Positions 59,937 to 64,000 of a stretch of DNA of 64,000 bases are shown here, piece after piece. Every line of letters begins with the position of its first letter. Within the stretch, counting starts at the first letter, position 1. Location of the stretch: positions 2,145 to 66,144 of the forward strand of contig DATKGA010000034.1 in NCBI GenBank assembly GCA_035510935.1. Reading direction: 5' to 3'. The position numbers were made by a program, and so were the translations under genes. Source of the stretch: Acidobacteriaceae bacterium. GTDB taxonomy: Bacteria; Acidobacteriota; Terriglobia; Terriglobales; Acidobacteriaceae. The notes under the pieces are model-generated. The model did not search any database. It had not been told where the DNA came from and saw only the letters and a list, made by a program, of their open reading frames with translations.

Positions 59937-61198
59937 GAAGCTGTCGATGATTCCATCCACCTGAGGGTTTTGGCGGCGAGGCGGTCGAAGGCGGTAACGG
60001 CCACGCTGAGGTGGTCGAGGCGGCTGTCTTCGATCTTATTGTGGCTGATGCCGCCGAGCGACTGTACGAACATCATGGTGGTGGGAATGCCGAGGCGGGC
60101 GACCTCGGCGGCGTCGTGCAGCGGGCCGGAGGGAAGGCTGTGGGCGGGCGTTCCCAGCGTCTCAGCGATGGCCTCGCGGCAGAGGTCGATCAGCGCGGGG
60201 TGGAAGGGGATAGGCTCGATGCTCCAGATGCGCGACCACTCGACGGTGCAGCGTTCCTGCTCCGCGAAGAGCTGGCTAGCCTCCCGCGCCTCGCGGTACA
60301 TGGTGGCGAGAATTGCGGGGTCCAGGTCGCGCTGATCGAGCGTGGCCTCGCAGCGACCTACGACCGCAGTGACGATTCCGGGGAAGGTCTTGACGCTGCC
60401 CATGGTGCAGACCGCGTCGGAATGGCGCGAGGCAATATAGCGAATCTCCAGCGCGAGGCGCGCGGCGGCGGCCAGTGCGTCGCGACGGTCGGCCATGGGC
60501 GTGGAGCCTGAGTGGGCCTCCTGCCCCAGGAATGTGATGGCGTGACGTTCGACGCCTTTAGTACCGAGGACCGCGCCGAGTGGGAGATTGAGGCGTTCCA
60601 GCACCGGGCCTTGCTCGATGTGCAGTTCGAGGTAGGCGGCGATGCTCTCTCGTTCGCGCGCTGCGTCGCCGATGCGGTCGATCTCGATGTTGCAGGCTGC
60701 GAGGGCGGCCTCGAGTGTGATGCCGTCGCGGTCGGTGCGCACGCGGTCGGCCGCGATGCTGTGCGTACCGGCGAAGGCGGAGGAGCCGAAGAGACTGCGG
60801 CCAAAGCGCGCACCTTCCTCGTCGGCCCAGTCGACGAGGCGGATGGTGAAGGGAGGGCGGCCGTTGGTGTCGCGGGCGATGCCGCTAAGGACTTCAAGCG
60901 CGGTGACGACGCCGAGCGCGCCATCGAGCCAGCCGCCGTTGGGGACGGAATCCAGATGGCTGCCAAGGACGAGCGAGCGGGGCGATGCGCCAGGCAGCGT
61001 GACCCAGGAGTTGCCGGCGGCGTCCAGATGGCGGGTAATGTTGTATACGGCGGGCAGCTCTGAGAGCTTGCCTGCGATCCACTCTCTCGCGTGCTGCCAG
61101 GTTGGGGTGAAGGCGATCCGCTGCGCTCCATTGGCGTCGCCGGTGAGCGCGGCGAGTTCCTGAAGGTTGGCAATCACGCGATTGGGATCGGCTGGCAT
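59933..61198 (-). CDS. M20-family Zn-dependent amidohydrolase (allantoate amidohydrolase / N-carbamoyl-L-amino-acid hydrolase type)
   Basis: GSHLDSVPNGGWLDGALGV, DEEGARFG and ELHIEQGPVLE are typical of this subfamily. Start chosen at MPADPNRV (61198). Confidence 0.85.
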   Translation of the reverse strand: MPADPNRVIANLQELAALTGDANGAQRIAFTPTWQHAREWIAGKLSELPAVYNITRHLDAAGNSWVTLPGASPRSLVLGSHLDSVPNGGWLDGALGVVTALEVLSGIARDTNGRPPFTIRLVDWADEEGARFGRSLFGSSAFAGTHSIAADRVRTDRDGITLEAALAACNIEIDRIGDAARERESIAAYLELHIEQGPVLERLNLPLGAVLGTKGVERHAITFLGQEAHSGSTPMADRRDALAAAARLALEIRYIASRHSDAVCTMGSVKTFPGIVTAVVGRCEATLDQRDLDPAILATMYREAREASQLFAEQERCTVEWSRIWSIEPIPFHPALIDLCREAIAETLGTPAHSLPSGPLHDAAEVARLGIPTTMMFVQSLGGISHNKIEDSRLDHLSVAVTAFDRLAAKTLRWMESSTAS

Positions 61199-61312
61199 CG
61201 GCTCCTCCGGATTCACTTTACTTCCCACATTACACCTATGTTTGTGCAGACATGAATGTTCACAATCCATCAGCTCTCGCATCGCTGTGCCTCAATATGA
61301 TTTACTTCTAGG

Positions 61313-62254
61313 ATGTTGAACTGGCTGGTCGTTGGAATTGGAGATATCACCCGCAAGCGTGTGTTGCCCGCGGTGCTGGCGGAGCCGCGCAGCCGACTGT
61401 ACGCGCTGCTGACGCGCTCGCCCGCGAAGGCCGCGGCGTACACAGGCGCGCTGGCTTATACCGATTTGAACGAGGCTCTGCGCGATCCTGCGATTGACGC
61501 GGTATATGTGGCGTCGCCGGTGGCTTTTCATGCAGAACACACCATCGCCAGCTTGCGCGCGGGCAAGCATGTGCTGTGCGAGAAGCCAGTGGCGATGAAC
61601 TATGCACAGGCCGAATCCATGGCCGAGGCGGCGCGCGAGTCAGGGCGGCTGCTGGGCATCGCGTACTACCGGCGGCTCTATCCCAAGCTGGTACGGGCAC
61701 GGCAACTGATTGCGGAGGGTGCGATTGGACTGCCGGTGCTGGTGGAGGCGAACTATCATGGCTGGCTGGAGAGTCCCGAGCGCGGCTGGCTAAAAGACCC
61801 CGTGTTGGCCGGCGGAGGGCCGCTGTACGACGTTGGCTCACACCGCATCGACGCATGCAATTTTCTCTTTGGCAGGCCGCAGCGCGCCACCGGGTTGCTC
61901 TCGAACGCGTTGCATGCGCTGGCGGTGGAGGATTCGGCCACCACGCTGATTGAGTACGAGGGCGGCATTCATGCGGTGGTGGATGTGCGCTGGAACTCGC
62001 ACATCACGCGCGATCAGTTCCGCATCATTGGCAGCGAGGGCGAGATCAGCCTCGACCCGCTCAACGGCCCGGCGCTGCGACTGCTGGCGAGCGACGGGAA
62101 GCTGACCGAGGAGCAGTTGCCCACGCATGCCAATGTGCATTATCCGGCGGTGGAGAACTTTGTTGCCGCAGTGCTGGACGGCGCACCACTGGCCTGCCCC
62201 ATCGACGAGGCCATCTGGACGGACTGGGTGACGGAGCAGGTGAAGGAAGCTTAG
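61313..62254 (+). CDS. Gfo/Idh/MocA family oxidoreductase
   Basis: N-terminal Rossmann LNWLVVGIGDITRKRVLPA and the family motif CEKPVAMN. Confidence 0.85.
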   Translation: MLNWLVVGIGDITRKRVLPAVLAEPRSRLYALLTRSPAKAAAYTGALAYTDLNEALRDPAIDAVYVASPVAFHAEHTIASLRAGKHVLCEKPVAMNYAQAESMAEAARESGRLLGIAYYRRLYPKLVRARQLIAEGAIGLPVLVEANYHGWLESPERGWLKDPVLAGGGPLYDVGSHRIDACNFLFGRPQRATGLLSNALHALAVEDSATTLIEYEGGIHAVVDVRWNSHITRDQFRIIGSEGEISLDPLNGPALRLLASDGKLTEEQLPTHANVHYPAVENFVAAVLDGAPLACPIDEAIWTDWVTEQVKEA

Positions 62255-62283
62255 TAGCTGGATGCACGATCCTAAAGCCAACT

Positions 62284-62856
62284 TTATCGACGCAGGAGAT
62301 GGGGAAAGATTGCGCCTGTGGTCCGGCTGTACTCGACATACTGCGCACCGAAGGTCTGGCGCATGAACTGTTCCTCCTTCATAAGTTTGATGGAGAACGA
62401 AACCCAGAGAAGCACCAGAGCAACCACATCGCGCCACTCGTCCAGCGCAACCGCTGTCCCTGCCATGGCTACGATGACTCCGGTGTAGATGGGATGGCGG
62501 ACAAAGCGATAGGGGCCGGTGCGGATGAGTTCGTGCTTCACCTTGATGGTGACCGAGCTACTCCAGTTGCCGCCCAGAGTGAAGCGCGCCCAGAAGGTGA
62601 TGGCGAAGCCCAGCAAAGTGACTGCCACGCCCACCCAGCCGATCCAAGGCCGGTAGTCGAGGATGTCGCTATGCCACCGGTCTCCGAGGCCCTGTCCGAA
62701 GAAGATGAAGTAGATCGCCAACCACAGCACAAAGGTGTACGACATGCGCGAGGCAAAGCTTTCACGGTGTTGTGTCTGCTTGGATTGCAGCGCCCAGGCC
62801 AGCCATATGAGGACCCAGGCAGCCCACAGAATTCGGCAGATTGACATTCCATCCAT
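62284..62856 (-). CDS. Isoprenylcysteine carboxyl methyltransferase (ICMT)/phospholipid methyltransferase family membrane protein
   Basis: Multi-TM protein with LIRTGPYRFVRHPIYTGVIV, the ICMT/PEMT signature region. Start chosen at MDGMSI (62856), with GGGAG upstream. Confidence 0.7.
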   Translation of the reverse strand: MDGMSICRILWAAWVLIWLAWALQSKQTQHRESFASRMSYTFVLWLAIYFIFFGQGLGDRWHSDILDYRPWIGWVGVAVTLLGFAITFWARFTLGGNWSSSVTIKVKHELIRTGPYRFVRHPIYTGVIVAMAGTAVALDEWRDVVALVLLWVSFSIKLMKEEQFMRQTFGAQYVEYSRTTGAIFPHLLRR

Positions 62857-62966
62857 GGAGACTCCCTGGATAGAATACGTGGGCAGCCGCGTGCCGGGAC
62901 AGGCCACAATGCACCGCGGGTAAATGCGGAAGCGATCCGATCCTCGCCAGCATGAGGCGGAATGAT

Positions 62967-63473
62967 CTAAACGCCGGGGGTAATCGGCCGAGTCATCTCA
63001 TGGACGACCGCAGCAGAACCGCTGGGATAGGCAACTGTGCGTCCGGTCATGCTGAATTCCAGCCACTGATAGAACGAGATCGCGGATTGATTGTCACTGG
63101 CCACATGCAACTCCAAGGTTTGTATTCCGTGACGTCCGGCCCAATCGAGGATCTTATTTACTAAAAGTTGGCCAATACCGTGCCGCCGGTGCGTGGGCGC
63201 AGTCCACATGGAAACCAGGCGGACCCGGGTTGCATCGTCGGGATCGGGCAATACACCAGCGATGCCGCGCACCTCGTCTCCTTCCATTGCGAGATAGAAG
63301 ATGGATCGCTCGCCGTTGGCCTGAGTGGCTCGCTCGATCCAGTCGGCATCCGTGAGCTGAGATTCCTCTGCATAGGTCGCACAGAACGCACTCGGCGTGT
63401 CCTGTAGCGCGCAAAGGCGTGCGGCCTTGAATATCAAGGCATTCTGCGCCGAGAAGGTCTGGATGGTGATCAT
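62967..63473 (-). CDS. GNAT family N-acetyltransferase
   Basis: The acetyl-CoA binding motif region is VSMWTAPTHRRHGIGQLLVNKILDWA. Start chosen at MITIQTF (63473). Confidence 0.75.
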   Translation of the reverse strand: MITIQTFSAQNALIFKAARLCALQDTPSAFCATYAEESQLTDADWIERATQANGERSIFYLAMEGDEVRGIAGVLPDPDDATRVRLVSMWTAPTHRRHGIGQLLVNKILDWAGRHGIQTLELHVASDNQSAISFYQWLEFSMTGRTVAYPSGSAAVVHEMTRPITPGV

Positions 63474-63507
63474 GGGATCTGATATTAAGATACAAAATGC
63501 ATTTCGG

Positions 63508-63999
63508 TTATGCACCGAAGGCGAGATCGATCAGAGTTTTTTCCTCCAGCGCGTGGGCCTTGGCCGATCCGGTGGCTGGGCTGGCGCTGGCGGAGCGCTT
63601 GACGCTGAGTACGGCGCGGTCAGCGGCCATGCGGCGCAGGTTTGGCAGGACGTAGGTGAGCGCTCCCATGTTGGCCGGCTCCTCCTGCACCCACACAATC
63701 TCACCTGCCTCGGGATGCTGGTCGAGCGCGGCCTGCATCTCGTCCTCGGGCCACGGATAGAGCTGTTCGAGGAAGAGGATGGCGACCGAGCTGTCATTGC
63801 GCCGCTGGCGCTCCACGCGCAGGGTGTGGCCGATCTTGCCGGAGCAGACGAGCAGGCGGCGCGGCGCGCTGACTGAGTTGTCGGGAAGGACGTTGCGGAA
63901 GCGTGGGGCAGAAAAATCGGCGAGGGGTGAGGCTGCGTCCGCGCTGCGCAACATGCTCTTGGGAGTGAAGACCACCAGAGGCTTGCGCCACGGGCGCAA
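63508..63999 (-). CDS. sucA: 2-oxoglutarate dehydrogenase E1 component, C-terminal part (gene runs off the window end)
   Basis: RKPLVVFTPKSMLR ... LVCSGKI ... ILFLEQLYPWP ... IVWVQEEPANMGA matches the conserved SucA C-terminal region. Confidence 0.85.
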   Translation of the reverse strand: MRPWRKPLVVFTPKSMLRSADAASPLADFSAPRFRNVLPDNSVSAPRRLLVCSGKIGHTLRVERQRRNDSSVAILFLEQLYPWPEDEMQAALDQHPEAGEIVWVQEEPANMGALTYVLPNLRRMAADRAVLSVKRSASASPATGSAKAHALEEKTLIDLAFGA

Positions 64000-64000
64000 C

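Noticed and set aside
59212-59960. About 250-aa N-terminal extension of the lpxB ORF given by the track (start at 59960).
   Set aside because: The extension is Arg/His/Pro/Leu-rich nonsense. It completely overlaps a plus-strand gene with good DUF1905/YdeI-like sequence and a strong RBS. LpxB homology begins only at IFLSAGEASGD.

Overview
High-GC bacterial chromosomal segment. I guess Acidobacteriota (Terriglobia-like) from composition, gene content and a dispersed repeat I think I recognise; this is inference, since no search was possible. The window is densely coding and mostly housekeeping. In order it holds: nuoA (partial); a NifJ-type pyruvate:ferredoxin oxidoreductase translationally coupled to a dihydroorotate-dehydrogenase-like gene; a 1236-aa GH13-family protein; a ChbG/HpnK-type deacetylase; lpxD; xseB; hsp20; a polyprenyl synthase; yajQ; tatD; two paralogous Tat-signal cupins flanking a small secreted protein; an orphan pilC/gspF; a FAD oxidoreductase; a FadL-like outer membrane protein; a GAF-PAS histidine kinase; dxs; and a periplasmic lactonase plus PQQ-sugar-dehydrogenase-cytochrome c pair. 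Next comes the 5-prime half of the dcw cluster (mraZ-rsmH-ftsL-ftsI-murE-murF), which ends abruptly against a convergent addB-addA operon. The remainder holds an SCO/CusF-like copper protein, an MsbA-like ABC exporter, a yiaK-like dehydrogenase, mscL, an M1-peptidase homolog with a degenerate active site, lpxB, a YdeI-like protein, an M20 amidohydrolase, a Gfo/Idh/MocA oxidoreductase, an ICMT-family methyltransferase, a GNAT and the 3-prime end of sucA. I found no rRNA, tRNA, CRISPR array, transposase or integrase, and no recognisable multi-gene defence system. The most unusual signals are at the nucleotide level. (1) Short 7-8 nt tandem-repeat arrays sit exactly at gene junctions, flanking tatD and at three dcw junctions, one forming a long hairpin before ftsI. 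(2) A 29-nt near-identical repeat is inserted in frame twice in addA, with a partial third copy and a related intergenic copy. (3) Two sharply AT-rich patches with atypical codons lie inside addA. (4) A roughly 460-bp AT-rich non-coding island with direct repeats lies upstream of the cupin cluster. (5) The M1 peptidase has lost its zinc and catalytic residues. (6) lpxB has no canonical in-frame start codon. All protein calls rest on motifs I recognise in the supplied translations, not on database searches.
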